Notes under the pieces: generated by a model
Database searches by the model: none
What the model was told of the DNA's origin: nothing
What the model saw: the letters and a program-made list of their open reading frames with translations, nothing else
Position numbers and translations under genes: made by a program
Shown here: piece by piece, positions 19,947 to 29,817 of the stretch
Layout: every line of letters begins with the position of its first letter
Numbering within the stretch: the first letter of the stretch is position 1
DNA from: an uncultured bacterium
GTDB lineage: Bacteria; Patescibacteriota; Minisyncoccia; UBA6257; GWB1-50-10
Direction: 5' to 3'
DNA: 64,000 nucleotides
NCBI GenBank assembly: GCA_963713955.1
Contig: OY970216.1
Span: 8,075 to 72,074 of the forward strand

Positions 19947-21230
19947 CTATTGCGTGGTTGCCGGGCGCTCTTCGAGCTTCACCGGGATATCCAATGTCTT
20001 GCTCCCCCTCTGAACCTTAAGCGTCACCGTGTCGCCGACGCTGTGTTCGTTCACGAGCGACACGAGCGTGTTCGTCGCGTCGACCGGAGTGCCGTTGACT
20101 TCCAATATGATGTCCTCAGCCGCAAGGCCGGCTTTGTCGGCAGGCGATCCGGGGATCACGGCCGGCCCGGTGTCATCCCCCCGAAGGAGCGCACCGTGGT
20201 TAACCGAAAGATTCTGGGTCTTCGCTATGTCGGCGGTGACGGTAAGGTACCGGACCCCGAGGTACGGCGTCTGTATGGCGCCGCTCTTTTGGACCGACTC
20301 GATGTCCCGCTTCGCCTGATTGATGGGAATTGCGAAGCCGATATTCTGCGCGCCGGAGACGATCGCCGTATTGATGCCGATGACGTCGCCGTTCAAATCG
20401 AGAAGCGGCCCCCCGGAATTCCCCGGATTGATGGCCGCGTCCGTTTGCATGACCCCTTGGATCGTTTCGGAACCGTACGTCGCGCCGGAAGCGGTTATCG
20501 TCCGTGACAAACCCGATACCACCCCCACCGAAACCGTGTTCCGGAACTCACCGAGCGCGTTCCCGATTGCGATGGATGTCTGTCCAAGCTGTACCCCGTC
20601 GGAATCACCCAAGGTGACCGTCGGCAAGCCCGCGGCGTCGATTTTTATCAAAGCCAAGTCTTGAATCGGATCCCTCGCCAGAACGGTAGCCGTGTATTTC
20701 TTGCCATCGTTCAAGAAGACCGTGTAATCGGCCGTTGTATCGGAAACGACGTGCTTATTGGTGATGATCAAACCGTCCGAAGAAACAATGAAGCCGGAAC
20801 CGCCGCCGACGTCCTGCTTCTGAGTCCCCTTTTGGCACGGTACGTACGTTTGGAAATTATTACCGCCAAAATTCTGGCCGAAGAACTGCTGGAACTCGGG
20901 CGGCAAATCAGAGAACGGATTGAACGACTGGGGGCATTGCTCAATGATCGGAACGTCCTTCGAAATGACGATTGAAACTACGGCCGGCGAATTTTTCTTG
21001 ACCGTGTTGATCACCGCTTGCTCATAGCTGTAGGCGGATTGGTAGAGCGTCGTTGTCGCAGCGTTCCCGCTCGTCGCGGAAGACGTCGAAGTCGACTTAT
21101 TCCCGCTCAAGAAATCCCAGATATTGCTCAGAATGTCGGCTCGCGCGGTGCTGGCGCTTATGAGAGAACCGAAAACGCCCCCGACCAGGGCCGCCGCAAC
21201 AACCAAAGAAACTATCTTCTTGCTAGACAT
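19947..21230 (-). CDS. HtrA/DegP-family serine protease (trypsin-like S1C plus PDZ)
   Basis: Catalytic-triad context HVV...D...GNSGGPL; N-terminal signal/TM; C-terminal PDZ-like region. Start set at MSSKKIV. Confidence 0.8.
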   Translation of the reverse strand: MSSKKIVSLVVAAALVGGVFGSLISASTARADILSNIWDFLSGNKSTSTSSATSGNAATTTLYQSAYSYEQAVINTVKKNSPAVVSIVISKDVPIIEQCPQSFNPFSDLPPEFQQFFGQNFGGNNFQTYVPCQKGTQKQDVGGGSGFIVSSDGLIITNKHVVSDTTADYTVFLNDGKKYTATVLARDPIQDLALIKIDAAGLPTVTLGDSDGVQLGQTSIAIGNALGEFRNTVSVGVVSGLSRTITASGATYGSETIQGVMQTDAAINPGNSGGPLLDLNGDVIGINTAIVSGAQNIGFAIPINQAKRDIESVQKSGAIQTPYLGVRYLTVTADIAKTQNLSVNHGALLRGDDTGPAVIPGSPADKAGLAAEDIILEVNGTPVDATNTLVSLVNEHSVGDTVTLKVQRGSKTLDIPVKLEERPATTQ

Positions 21231-21463
21231 ACTATTATTGTTTAAATTCTGGAGCTCACTTCGTGGCGAACAAAATTTAACCACAATAATGAGCACCCCG
21301 CACCTTTTGTATACTATTTATTACGAATTAATTTCCAAGAAGTTACATTTTCCCTCCTCCAGAAGCCGTAAATCCTGTCCGCAGAAAAGGTGCGGGGTAA
21401 GGTTTGATGAACGAAATTCCTGCTCCCTCGGCAAGCTCAGGATTGAAATTTCGTATCAAGCCC

Positions 21464-22258
21464 TTACTTTATTTCGTACCTCAATGTTACAGAAACGTCC
21501 ACCTCTTCGGAACCGGCTTCTATGGTCGGCGCCAGAACGGCACCGGTCCCCGCCGAAGACAGGGTTTTCATTTCATTCATAGCGTACACCGGACCCGGGA
21601 AATTCTGATTCTCATCTATGGACAAGAGGCGACCCACCGAGAAACCGGCTTCCTTGGCAATTTGTTCGGCCTGCGCCTCGGCCTTCTGTATCGCCTGGCT
21701 CCTCGCTTCGGCTTGAACCGCTGTCGGATCGTCTATCGTGAAACTCAAAGACGAGACAGTATTCGCACCATTCTTGACCACGCCTGAAAGTATATCGCCG
21801 ATTTTCGAGAAATCCCTTGCTTTAACGTCGACGTTCTGCGTCACCGTGTAGCCGACTATGGTCGGCGGCGGACATACGCTGCTTGAAACCGTGCCGGAAT
21901 AAACTCCGCAGTTAGAATACTGGTATCTGGGCGAAATATTATAACCGCTCGTTTGGATATCCTTGGAATCGACGCCTTCTCCTTTCACGAAATCGATCGC
22001 TTTGTTCATGCCGTCGGTATTCTGGCTCTGGAGAGAAGCCAGATCTTTTCCGCCCTCCGTCACGATGCTGAAGGTGAACTCCGCGACATCGGGAACTCCG
22101 ATCGCCTTACCGTCAGACGTCACGCTGAAACTTCTGTATGACGACGGCTCAATAGAGTTCGAATAAGCTCCTACGAAAGATATGGCCGCATACGCCACGA
22201 CTAAAACTCCCACTATGATTGCTACATACAAGTAGCCCCTTATTTTTTCTGTGTTCAT
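21464..22258 (-). CDS. SIMPL/DUF541-family periplasmic protein
   Basis: N-terminal TM anchor, then a domain with the spacing typical of SIMPL (26 kDa periplasmic immunogenic protein) family proteins. Confidence 0.5.
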   Translation of the reverse strand: MNTEKIRGYLYVAIIVGVLVVAYAAISFVGAYSNSIEPSSYRSFSVTSDGKAIGVPDVAEFTFSIVTEGGKDLASLQSQNTDGMNKAIDFVKGEGVDSKDIQTSGYNISPRYQYSNCGVYSGTVSSSVCPPPTIVGYTVTQNVDVKARDFSKIGDILSGVVKNGANTVSSLSFTIDDPTAVQAEARSQAIQKAEAQAEQIAKEAGFSVGRLLSIDENQNFPGPVYAMNEMKTLSSAGTGAVLAPTIEAGSEEVDVSVTLRYEIK

Positions 22259-22317
22259 GCTTTTATGGTAACAAGTAACCAGCAACCAGTAAACAGAATT
22301 TATCCCCCGATTACCAG

Positions 22318-23664
22318 CTACGTTATTTTCCTAATTCTTCGAATGGCTTCATCGATTTCTTTCTTCGTGGTCGTGATACCGAAACTGAACCTAACGCTGC
22401 CTCTTACTCTCTCTTCCGAAAACCCAAGAGCATGCAAAACATGAGAGGGAGTAAAAGCTCTGGCCGAACAAGCCGAACCGGCGGAAGCCGCGACGCCCGC
22501 CATATCGAGCTTGACCAAGAGATCTCCGGTATACTCATCGGGAAAATAAACGTTGAGGATATGAGGAGTATTGGAATCGCTATTCTCTTCCACTTTCTTA
22601 TTTATCTTTTTCAAACCGCTCCAAAAATATTTTTTCAAACTTTCAACGTATTTCCTATTCTTGTTTCTCGATTTGGAAGCCAACTCGACCGCCTTGCCGA
22701 AGCCGATGATCAAGGGTGTGTTTTCCGTTCCTGAGCGGAGACCGAACTCCTGGCCACCGCCAGTCACAATAGGGTCTAGGGGATAGGGTCTAGGGGATAG
22801 GGAATTTCCGCGAACATACAAAGCGCCGATGCCCTTGGGGCCGTAGATTTTCTGGCCGGACAAAGTCATGAGATCGACGCCGAGTCCGCCAGCTGGCGGA
22901 TTGACATCGCAGTCGAGATACATGAAAGCCTGGGCGGCATCGGTGTGAAACAAAGGGTACGGGGAATAGCCTGCCTGCGCAGGCGTGGGTTTAGGGTGCA
23001 GGGAGTTCCTGAAATTGCGAATTATCTTCGCGATTTCAGATATGGGCTCAACAGTGCCAATTTCGTTATTGACATACATTATAGAAACTAAGATCGTGCG
23101 CTCATCAAGTTCTTTTTCGAGTTTTTTTAAATCAACGATTCCCCTCTTGTCGACCGGCAGAGCGACAACCTCAACACCTTCCCTTTCCAATTCATACGCT
23201 GTGTCGAGAACCGATTCGTGCTCAATTGCCGAAACGATCACCTTAGGTTTCAAAAAATTATCCGGGTTGGGCGGCGCGATTTGTTTTGAGCGGAATGTCT
23301 CGAAGGCGCGGTCGGCTCGGTCTCCGAAGGAGCGAACGAGCCGAGAGTCAAGGCCGCTTTTTTCCGCTGGAGAAAAAAGACGGCCGGTTCCGCGAGAAAT
23401 AAGTCGCGCCGCTCCAACTACCCCGCGGAGCGCGAGGTTGTTAGCTTCCGTTGCCGAACCCGTGAAGATCACTTCGCGAAAATCGGCACTGATCACTCTC
23501 GCAATTTTCTCGCGTGACTCGTCGATGGCCGCCATTGCTTCCTGCCCGAACGAATGGAGTGATCCGGGGTTGCCGAACTTCCGCGAGAAATAGGGAAGCA
23601 TTTCTTTCAAAACCTCCTTTCTCACCGGAGTTGAAGCGGCGTAATCAAGATAGATCCGGCTCAT
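22318..23664 (-). CDS. cysteine desulfurase (aminotransferase class V, IscS/NifS-like) carrying insertions
   Basis: Motifs YLDYAASTP, SGQKIYGPKGIGALYVR, GGGQEFGLRSGTEN. About 45 aa longer than typical IscS. Confidence 0.8.
   Translation of the reverse strand: MSRIYLDYAASTPVRKEVLKEMLPYFSRKFGNPGSLHSFGQEAMAAIDESREKIARVISADFREVIFTGSATEANNLALRGVVGAARLISRGTGRLFSPAEKSGLDSRLVRSFGDRADRAFETFRSKQIAPPNPDNFLKPKVIVSAIEHESVLDTAYELEREGVEVVALPVDKRGIVDLKKLEKELDERTILVSIMYVNNEIGTVEPISEIAKIIRNFRNSLHPKPTPAQAGYSPYPLFHTDAAQAFMYLDCDVNPPAGGLGVDLMTLSGQKIYGPKGIGALYVRGNSLSPRPYPLDPIVTGGGQEFGLRSGTENTPLIIGFGKAVELASKSRNKNRKYVESLKKYFWSGLKKINKKVEENSDSNTPHILNVYFPDEYTGDLLVKLDMAGVAASAGSACSARAFTPSHVLHALGFSEERVRGSVRFSFGITTTKKEIDEAIRRIRKIT
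22771..22798. repeat. 14-bp x 2 tandem direct repeat inside the cysteine desulfurase gene
   Basis: AGGGTCTAGGGGAT repeated twice with a partial third copy; on the coding strand it encodes SPRPYPLDPIVT. Confidence 0.6.
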
Positions 23665-23669
23665 ATCAG

Positions 23670-24140
23670 TTACTTGTCGCCTGTTCCGCCTTCAGGCAAT
23701 TCCTTCACGCCGATTTTGCGAGTCAAAAACAGAATCAAAGCCAGACCGATCGCGCTCACGAAAGCGAACTCGATTAAACCGACGCCGCAGAGGACACCCA
23801 AGGCGGCTACCACCCAAACGGTCGCTGCGGTCGTCAAGCCCCGCACCTTTTGGCCCTGATGGAGGATAATCCCCGCCCCCAGAAAGCCGACGCCAATGAC
23901 GACATTCGCCACGACGGTCAGAAAGCCGCTATTCCGCGCCACGACATCCGCGAGGTTCCCCACCGCGACGATGTACGGGAGCGTAACGCCAACCATCGTG
24001 AAAATGGCCGCTCCGGAAGCAACCATCAAATTGGTCCTGACGCCCGCCTCCTTGCCGATGAGTTCGCGCTCGAGGCCGATGATCGCCCCGACGACGACCG
24101 CGGCGAGCAAACGGAGAAGCATTTCTTGAATAGTAAGCAT
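23670..24140 (-). CDS. MgtC/SapB-family membrane protein
   Basis: AIIGLERE...GVRTN motif of the MgtC family; 156-aa hydrophobic protein. Confidence 0.7.
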   Translation of the reverse strand: MLTIQEMLLRLLAAVVVGAIIGLERELIGKEAGVRTNLMVASGAAIFTMVGVTLPYIVAVGNLADVVARNSGFLTVVANVVIGVGFLGAGIILHQGQKVRGLTTAATVWVVAALGVLCGVGLIEFAFVSAIGLALILFLTRKIGVKELPEGGTGDK

Positions 24141-24149
24141 GAATCTTAT

Positions 24150-24566
24150 TTACTCCCTTTTCTTCCTCAGGAAAGGTTCCGCGACTCTATCCGCGAACAA
24201 GTTAACCATCGGCTCCATCTTTTCTGCTGTTTCCATATCACGGTCGTTCGCTATGATCTCGAGTAATACTCTCTTTATATTTCTACTACCCGACATATCC
24301 CGATCATCTGGCACCTTAAATTCCAAATCGTTGAAGAACCTTTTTAGGGATTTCTCCATGACTTGTAGCATCCATCTTACCTCCTTCGGACTCCATCCGA
24401 GCTTCTCTTCGAAAAACTGCGCTGGAGTCTTTCCTTCCTCCGGAGCCGAGAGAAAAGCGTTGAATCTTTCCTGTATCAGCCGCGCGTCCAATTTGTCCGC
24501 ATCGTGCAATATTTTCTCTGGACTTACTGGCGGCCAACCACCTTCTTCTTTGCTCATCATAGCCAT
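24150..24566 (-). CDS. hypothetical protein
   Basis: Start set at MAMMSKEE to avoid overlap with the upstream gene; no recognisable motifs. Confidence 0.3.
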   Translation of the reverse strand: MAMMSKEEGGWPPVSPEKILHDADKLDARLIQERFNAFLSAPEEGKTPAQFFEEKLGWSPKEVRWMLQVMEKSLKRFFNDLEFKVPDDRDMSGSRNIKRVLLEIIANDRDMETAEKMEPMVNLFADRVAEPFLRKKRE

Positions 24567-24591
24567 AGATAAATTATAACCCAAAATGGGA

Positions 24592-25167
24592 TCAATGATA
24601 ATCCGGGTTTTCCTCTTTGGCGCCCGCCGCGAAGTTGGCATACCGCGCGAGGGCGAAAAGCAGGCTCGAAAGGCGGTTCAAGTACTGGAGCGTTTCCGGG
24701 GAAAGCGGCCTTTTCTCGCTGAACTTCACGATCGACCGCTCAACTCTCCTCACAAGAGATCTCCCGTAATCCAACCGCGCGCCAACCTCGCTGCCACCCG
24801 GCATGATGAAATTTCTCAAGGGCGGCAGCTTCGCGTCCGCCCATTCGATAATTCTCTCGAGCCCCGCCGTCTTTTCGGCGGTAATCTTCTTGAATTTTTT
24901 TATTGAATACTCGAACCCCGCAGCGGCTACTTCAGCCTGAATGATGAAGATGTCTCTCTCAACCGATTTTAGAATTTCGTCCAAACTGAATCTCCCCAAC
25001 CTAAAATTATCTTTCTTTTCGAGCGACGCGCGGCAAACGCCGAGCCAGGAGTTGAACTCATCCAAGTTTCCCAAAACCTCGAAGAGGAGGTCACCTTTGG
25101 ATAAACGCTTGTTGCCGTGGAGGCTTTTTCCCCCGTCCCCGCGGCCGGTGTAAAAATTCGTTTTCAT
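24592..25167 (-). CDS. ATP:cob(I)alamin adenosyltransferase, PduO-type
   Basis: FYTGRGDGGKSL...LGNLDEFNSWLG is the PduO/MMAB family N-terminal signature. Confidence 0.7.
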   Translation of the reverse strand: MKTNFYTGRGDGGKSLHGNKRLSKGDLLFEVLGNLDEFNSWLGVCRASLEKKDNFRLGRFSLDEILKSVERDIFIIQAEVAAAGFEYSIKKFKKITAEKTAGLERIIEWADAKLPPLRNFIMPGGSEVGARLDYGRSLVRRVERSIVKFSEKRPLSPETLQYLNRLSSLLFALARYANFAAGAKEENPDYH

Positions 25168-25233
25168 GGCCTTACTCTAATTATACAACGGGCAGGAAAA
25201 CTTGCGACAAAAACAGCGGAACCGGCCAAATCG

Positions 25234-26244
25234 CTAGATGATATGATGCTGATTTGAAGGAAACGTTACCGCTTCTTTAATGTCATCAGTTCCCAAGATC
25301 CAGCGGAGAATCCGAGACATACCAAAGCCGCATCCGACATGAGGTACCATTTTATTCCTGGAGCACTCGATGTACCATCCGAAATCATCCATACTGCCCC
25401 CCATACTCAAGAGGCGCTTATACATTTTGGAGTTCGAGAGTCGGTATACCAGCGTATCGGGGTTGTCGATTCTTGCAGCAGACCCTACTGCTTCACCGGC
25501 AATCGGAAGAATGAGATCCGCCGATTGCACCAATCCGGGATTTTGAGGATCAGGCAGCATATTGAAGAACTTTTCAACCTCGATTTCCTTCCCGTGATCC
25601 CACAGCGGATCAGGATAGTGGGTGATAAAAACGGGATGATCGTCGAACTGAGCCACCAATTCCGCTTCCTTCTTGGAGTTGATGTCGTCTCCCCAAGTTA
25701 AGTGCAATCGCGCCATCGCTTCGTTGTAGGTTACCTTGGGAAAAACCGGCTGCGTTTTCGCAAGACGGGTGATGTGCGCTTCGCTCAACCCCAACTTTTT
25801 TTGTTCTTTTGCCGGGAGCGCGATCAAATCCCGGACAATCGAAGAGATGAATTTCTCGATGTGGCCGAGAAGCTCTTGAAAATTCCCCGTGAATTCTATC
25901 TCCATCATTTGGAATTCGATAAGGTGGCGGTTGTCGTTGCCTGGCTCGGCGCGGAAACTCGGACCCACGCAATACACCTTATTCAAATAAGGAACGAAGG
26001 CTTCCAAGTACAATTGGCCGGTTTGCGCGAGATAGGCTTGATGTTTCTCAGGATAGCCGAACCACTTAAAATCCTTGCTGGAAGAAACTTCAAAGAGCGT
26101 ATTCACGTTTTCGCAGGCTCCCGAAGCCCTGACGATACGGGGCGGGAAAATTTCGGTGAACCCTTCTTTTTCAAGGTGCGCTCGCCCCGATTTGAATACC
26201 TGAGCTTCCAAGAGCGCAGTGGATATTTTATTTTTTATATTCAT
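25234..26244 (-). CDS. class II aaRS catalytic-core paralog (AsnRS/AspRS-like; possibly archaeal-type asparagine synthetase A)
   Basis: Motif 2 FRAE and motif 3 GCGFGMSRIL are present, but the protein is only 336 aa and has no N-terminal anticodon-binding OB fold. Confidence 0.6.
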   Translation of the reverse strand: MNIKNKISTALLEAQVFKSGRAHLEKEGFTEIFPPRIVRASGACENVNTLFEVSSSKDFKWFGYPEKHQAYLAQTGQLYLEAFVPYLNKVYCVGPSFRAEPGNDNRHLIEFQMMEIEFTGNFQELLGHIEKFISSIVRDLIALPAKEQKKLGLSEAHITRLAKTQPVFPKVTYNEAMARLHLTWGDDINSKKEAELVAQFDDHPVFITHYPDPLWDHGKEIEVEKFFNMLPDPQNPGLVQSADLILPIAGEAVGSAARIDNPDTLVYRLSNSKMYKRLLSMGGSMDDFGWYIECSRNKMVPHVGCGFGMSRILRWILGTDDIKEAVTFPSNQHHII

Positions 26245-26352
26245 ATTGTTGTCCTATATATTTTGCTTTGCGACGAGAAATCCTGGGGATTGATTTGGTC
26301 TCCACCGATACGAGGCGGTGCTTTGTCCTTGTTTTTCCATGCCCGAGGCGGC

Positions 26353-26375
26353 AAAAAAAATCCCCCGAAGGGGGA
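26353..26375 (-). terminator. rho-independent terminator (minus strand)
   Basis: CCCCC-GAA-GGGGG hairpin, followed on the minus strand by T8. Confidence 0.5.
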
Positions 26376-26517
26376 GTTCAAAATCGAAAGGTCAAAGAAT
26401 GAGGTTTTCTGGTCACGGAGATAACGGGTCTTTTTTCTCACGGGCGCCATTAAGGTAATAATGGCAAGGTATGGGAGATTAGTCAACTGTGCATAACGAG
26501 GCCTGAAAATGAGGCAT

Positions 26518-26739
26518 TTAATTGATTCTGTACACTTCGATCGTCTCGCCCATTCCTTCGATATCGAGGTAGTATTTCAATCCGTCCCGGTACACCTTCA
26601 CCGCTGGACGATAGGCGTGATGATACTGGTATTTATATTTCGCCTGCTGGTATTTCTCCCCGCTCGTCAGGGTAAAAATCGCATGCTCGGCAAAGCCGTC
26701 AAACTCCCCCTCGATGTGAGATTCTTTTATCAGTTCCAT
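26518..26739 (-). CDS. hypothetical small protein
   Basis: 73-aa Tyr/Lys-rich ORF with the terminator above downstream of it. Confidence 0.35.
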   Translation of the reverse strand: MELIKESHIEGEFDGFAEHAIFTLTSGEKYQQAKYKYQYHHAYRPAVKVYRDGLKYYLDIEGMGETIEVYRIN

Positions 26740-26883
26740 ACATATATTATATCAGGAAGGGATGTTTTTCGCTCCGCACGCTGGAGGCAGTGAAGGAAGT
26801 CAGAACCTGTTTGATAGGTATTCCAAGTCGTTGAGTTTTGGGGCCGCTTGACGGCCGGTTTATCTTCAGATAAACTTCATAGT

Positions 26884-27108
26884 ATGAAAAACAATACTAT
26901 CGTCGGTCTGAAAGAACTGCGGGAAAATATAGAGTCTTATATCTCCAAAGTAAAGGAGGGGGGCTCTTTTATTGTGGTGCGGAAATCCAAACCGGTATTC
27001 AAAATTTCCCCCCCCGAAGAGGACGTGAGTTTCTGGGAACCGGTTGTCGACTTTACGAAGATTAAAAAAGGAGGGGTGGCCATCGCCGATTTACTGTCTC
27101 GATTGTAG
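26884..27108 (+). CDS. Phd/YefM-family antitoxin
   Basis: TIVGLKELRENIESYISKVKEGGSFIVVRKSKPVFKI matches the Phd/YefM pattern; directly upstream of a RelE-like ORF. Confidence 0.5.
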   Translation: MKNNTIVGLKELRENIESYISKVKEGGSFIVVRKSKPVFKISPPEEDVSFWEPVVDFTKIKKGGVAIADLLSRL

Positions 27109-27124
27109 CGGACAAGAAAAACAC

Positions 27125-27364
27125 ATGGACTCCATCCGGAAAGCGCTCAAAAAACTCGATGCGAGAGAGCAGGAGCGCGTGAAGGGCATACTCACCAAAT
27201 TGTCGTCTGGTGATCTGCAAGGATTGGATATTAAAAAACTCAAGGGGAGGAACGATATCTTTCGGGTGAGAAAGGGAGACCTTCGCATCGTCTACCGACA
27301 GGAGAATAAGAGCGTCTTCATTTTGCTTATCGAGCGACGGAATGAAAAGACCTACGATTTGTAG
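27125..27364 (+). CDS. RelE/ParE-family toxin
   Basis: About 80 aa, basic; ...DLRIVYRQENKSVFILLIERRNE; starts 17 nt after the antitoxin stop. Confidence 0.5.
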   Translation: MDSIRKALKKLDAREQERVKGILTKLSSGDLQGLDIKKLKGRNDIFRVRKGDLRIVYRQENKSVFILLIERRNEKTYDL

Positions 27365-27437
27365 GATTCGGTTTTGCCCCTTACCAATACTATGAACTCA
27401 AGAATCTATCATAGAATGGGGCCGTCAAAATCAAAAA

Positions 27438-28067
27438 TCACCAATTTTTGGCAGTTATGTGAAATTCACGAACGATTTTTAATTTTGCGCCCTGTTCATC
27501 TTTGCCCGAAATTATCGTTGTTATTGTATTTACCAGAAAACTCTTGCTCCACGATATCGCCCGAGAAACCTCCGTGGCGTCCTTCTCGTCTGCCAAAGCA
27601 AGAACAGTAAGGTGGGGTCTATAAAGGTTCATAACATATGGGTATCCCCACTCATCTATATTTTTCTGCTCCTCTTTAGTCAAATTCTGCGTCGAAATTT
27701 TGTAGGAATCCTTAATGTTTCCCTCTCTTAGTGGATTCAGTTTCTCTATGAGCTTTTTGTGAAAGCGCTCTGCCTCACCGCCATCCTCTAGTCCCAGAGA
27801 AACGTACCTACCTTTGATTTTGATCCCAATCGGGACAAAAGATACTGCCTCCGAAGTGCTTGCGAGCGACTTTATGACTTGTAATACTTCTTTTTCGTTC
27901 TTCTTGGGAAATTCTGCCTGATAAATGGTTATATGTGGCGTGTAAGTTGGGAATTCGCTCCCCAAAAAAGTTTTGTATTTTTCCGACAATTGCCTATTCA
28001 AATCCATCAACTCTTTTTTGATGGGGGTTGGCAGACTAAAGACGATGGTAATAAGTTCACTGTTCAT
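27438..28067 (-). CDS. 2H phosphoesterase superfamily protein (LigT/ThpR-like 2'-5' RNA ligase)
   Basis: Two H-x-T/S-x motifs (PHITIY and PHLTVL) spaced as in LigT. Confidence 0.55.
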   Translation of the reverse strand: MNSELITIVFSLPTPIKKELMDLNRQLSEKYKTFLGSEFPTYTPHITIYQAEFPKKNEKEVLQVIKSLASTSEAVSFVPIGIKIKGRYVSLGLEDGGEAERFHKKLIEKLNPLREGNIKDSYKISTQNLTKEEQKNIDEWGYPYVMNLYRPHLTVLALADEKDATEVSRAISWSKSFLVNTITTIISGKDEQGAKLKIVREFHITAKNW

Positions 28068-28273
28068 GTGAAAATCATACCAAGTTAGAACTAAAAAGTC
28101 CCTAGCTAATAAAGGCTTCTAAGCGAGTTTTTATTTGGGTCTTGGATACGGAGATATTATAACGATCCTCATGGATGGGAGATAATGGGAGGTATATGAA
28201 TGAGATGAGAAATCAGCTGATTCTCATGTCCAAGCTGATAAGTGATAAGGGGGTTGAAACTTAAGGACTTACT

Positions 28274-28293
28274 GTGCTCCGCGCACTGGATGA
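28274..28293. promoter_or_regulatory. copy 1 (degenerate) of the GTGCTCCGCGCGATGGAGG intergenic motif
   Basis: GTGCTCCGCGCACTGGATGA. Confidence 0.3.
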
Positions 28294-28433
28294 TGTGGGG
28301 AACTGTTTTCGAGAGGAGGGAGGGAAGTTATGTGCCGGATCCGAATCAGGCAAACGTCCCCTTGAGGTTACGCATAATAAAACAAGGCAAGGTCTGGACC
28401 TTGCCTGGAAACAGATGGTTGGATATTTTCAGA

Positions 28434-28964
28434 CTATCCAAGGAATAATATAAGTGGGCCGAAAATTTCAATCAATACCCCCACAATAAACCCGATGGTA
28501 GAGAAGACTATGACGAAAACCCAACCGATGACCCAGATAATAATTTCGATCAGGAATGGAAATTTAGCCGTGACGGTCGCAGTGCTACTGGCAGCAAGCT
28601 CCCTCCACCCGGCCGCAGGGGTAAGATTCCCATTGATGCAGTCTGCTGGATAAAGTACCGCTTTAATCTGGTAATTACCCTCAGCTGGCGGCTCCCATTT
28701 GTAACTGCCGCTTGATGGTAAGGCATAAGTGTGCACCGAGTACTGAGCCTTTGTAAAATATAAAATAACACAATATTCCCTGTTCGAAAGATTATAAGAC
28801 TCCCAAGTTATTGTGTAGGATGAATTAACAGAAGTCGTGTCTCCATCGTGATCAGGTGTTATTGTTAGCGTTATGGAAGGCTCATACCCATAGTCTTGGG
28901 CGCAAACCCTGCCTACCACTGTCAGTAACACGGTGGCTACAAGAACAACAAATAATCGCTTCAT
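28434..28964 (-). CDS. secreted / membrane-anchored hypothetical protein
   Basis: Signal peptide MKRLFVVLVATVLLTVVGRVCA and a C-terminal hydrophobic anchor. Confidence 0.4.
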   Translation of the reverse strand: MKRLFVVLVATVLLTVVGRVCAQDYGYEPSITLTITPDHDGDTTSVNSSYTITWESYNLSNREYCVILYFTKAQYSVHTYALPSSGSYKWEPPAEGNYQIKAVLYPADCINGNLTPAAGWRELAASSTATVTAKFPFLIEIIIWVIGWVFVIVFSTIGFIVGVLIEIFGPLILFLG

Positions 28965-29093
28965 AACACACCTCCTGTTTTTTGAAGCTTCTGATTATAT
29001 TAAACAACGAAATTTGATGTCTTGCAAGTCGCTAGATTTAAACATCCTACTGGGATTATAAAAAATCCCACATGCTATGTGGGTTATTTTATA

Positions 29094-29113
29094 GTGCTCC
29101 GCGCGATGGAGGA
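29094..29113. promoter_or_regulatory. copy 2 of the GTGCTCCGCGCGATGGAGG motif
   Basis: GTGCTCCGCGCGATGGAGGA, 60 nt upstream of ORF 29172. Confidence 0.35.
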
Positions 29114-29171
29114 GGTTAGAAAACCGTTTTCAAAGTACTTCCACCGAATGTTATAATCATCAAAGAAAATT

Positions 29172-29447
29172 ATGGGAGATTTGAATATGGAACAAGAACC
29201 AAAAGGGAAAATCCTTTCCCTGAAGGAATATCTGGAGCTAGAGAGACAAGAAATGCTCAGTCCAGAGAACAAATGGTTTGCTGGGGAAAAACTCGGTCAT
29301 TCTCCAACCGATCAAGAAGCGGAACAATACTACGTTGAAAATGGCGGTCCTGAGGGCTTCGCTAAAAGGCATATCCTCAAGGCAAGAATGGAGAAGGAGA
29401 AAGAAGATAGGGAAAGAGAGAGCAGAAACGGAAACAATAAGCCCTAA
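29172..29447 (+). CDS. hypothetical small charged protein
   Basis: 91-aa ORF followed by the GCCCT-AAAAAATTTC-AGGGC hairpin. Confidence 0.3.
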   Translation: MGDLNMEQEPKGKILSLKEYLELERQEMLSPENKWFAGEKLGHSPTDQEAEQYYVENGGPEGFAKRHILKARMEKEKEDRERESRNGNNKP

Positions 29448-29466
29448 AAAATTTCAGGGCTTATTT

Positions 29467-29486
29467 AGTTCCCGCGCGATGGAGGG
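29467..29486. promoter_or_regulatory. copy 3 of the motif
   Basis: AGTTCCCGCGCGATGGAGGG, 70 nt upstream of the HTH gene. Confidence 0.35.
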
Positions 29487-29556
29487 TATTGGGAACTATA
29501 TCGGCAATTAAGTACCCGTGATGATCATTTATTTGTACCTTAACATATGTTAATAT

Positions 29557-29817
29557 ATGAATATGTCAAAAGAGTTTTATTCCACAACTGAGACAGCTCA
29601 AATCTTAAGAATCAGCCGCATCTCAGTCTTTAACAGAATAAAGTCTGGCAAGATCAAGGCTGAAAAGATTGGTAGAAATTACATTATAAGCCACAAAGCT
29701 CTTTTAGAAGCGCTAGGTAAAACAATTGGTCAAGAGAATAAAAAAGATATAGAACGCACCATAGATAAAGCCTTACACGATTATAAGACAACGTTCAAAT
29801 TACTTGGACGAGAATGA
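29557..29817 (+). CDS. helix-turn-helix DNA-binding protein (excisionase/MerR-like HTH); putative antitoxin or regulator
   Basis: STTETAQILRISRISVFNRIKSGKIKAEKIG is an HTH_17-like motif; 4-bp ATGA overlap with the downstream Doc-family gene. Confidence 0.5.
   Translation: MNMSKEFYSTTETAQILRISRISVFNRIKSGKIKAEKIGRNYIISHKALLEALGKTIGQENKKDIERTIDKALHDYKTTFKLLGRE

Noticed and set aside
28242-28448. 68-aa plus-strand ORF overlapping motif copy 1
   Set aside because: No RBS or start context, unusual Trp/Met-rich composition, and it overlaps the repeat motif. It is probably spurious.
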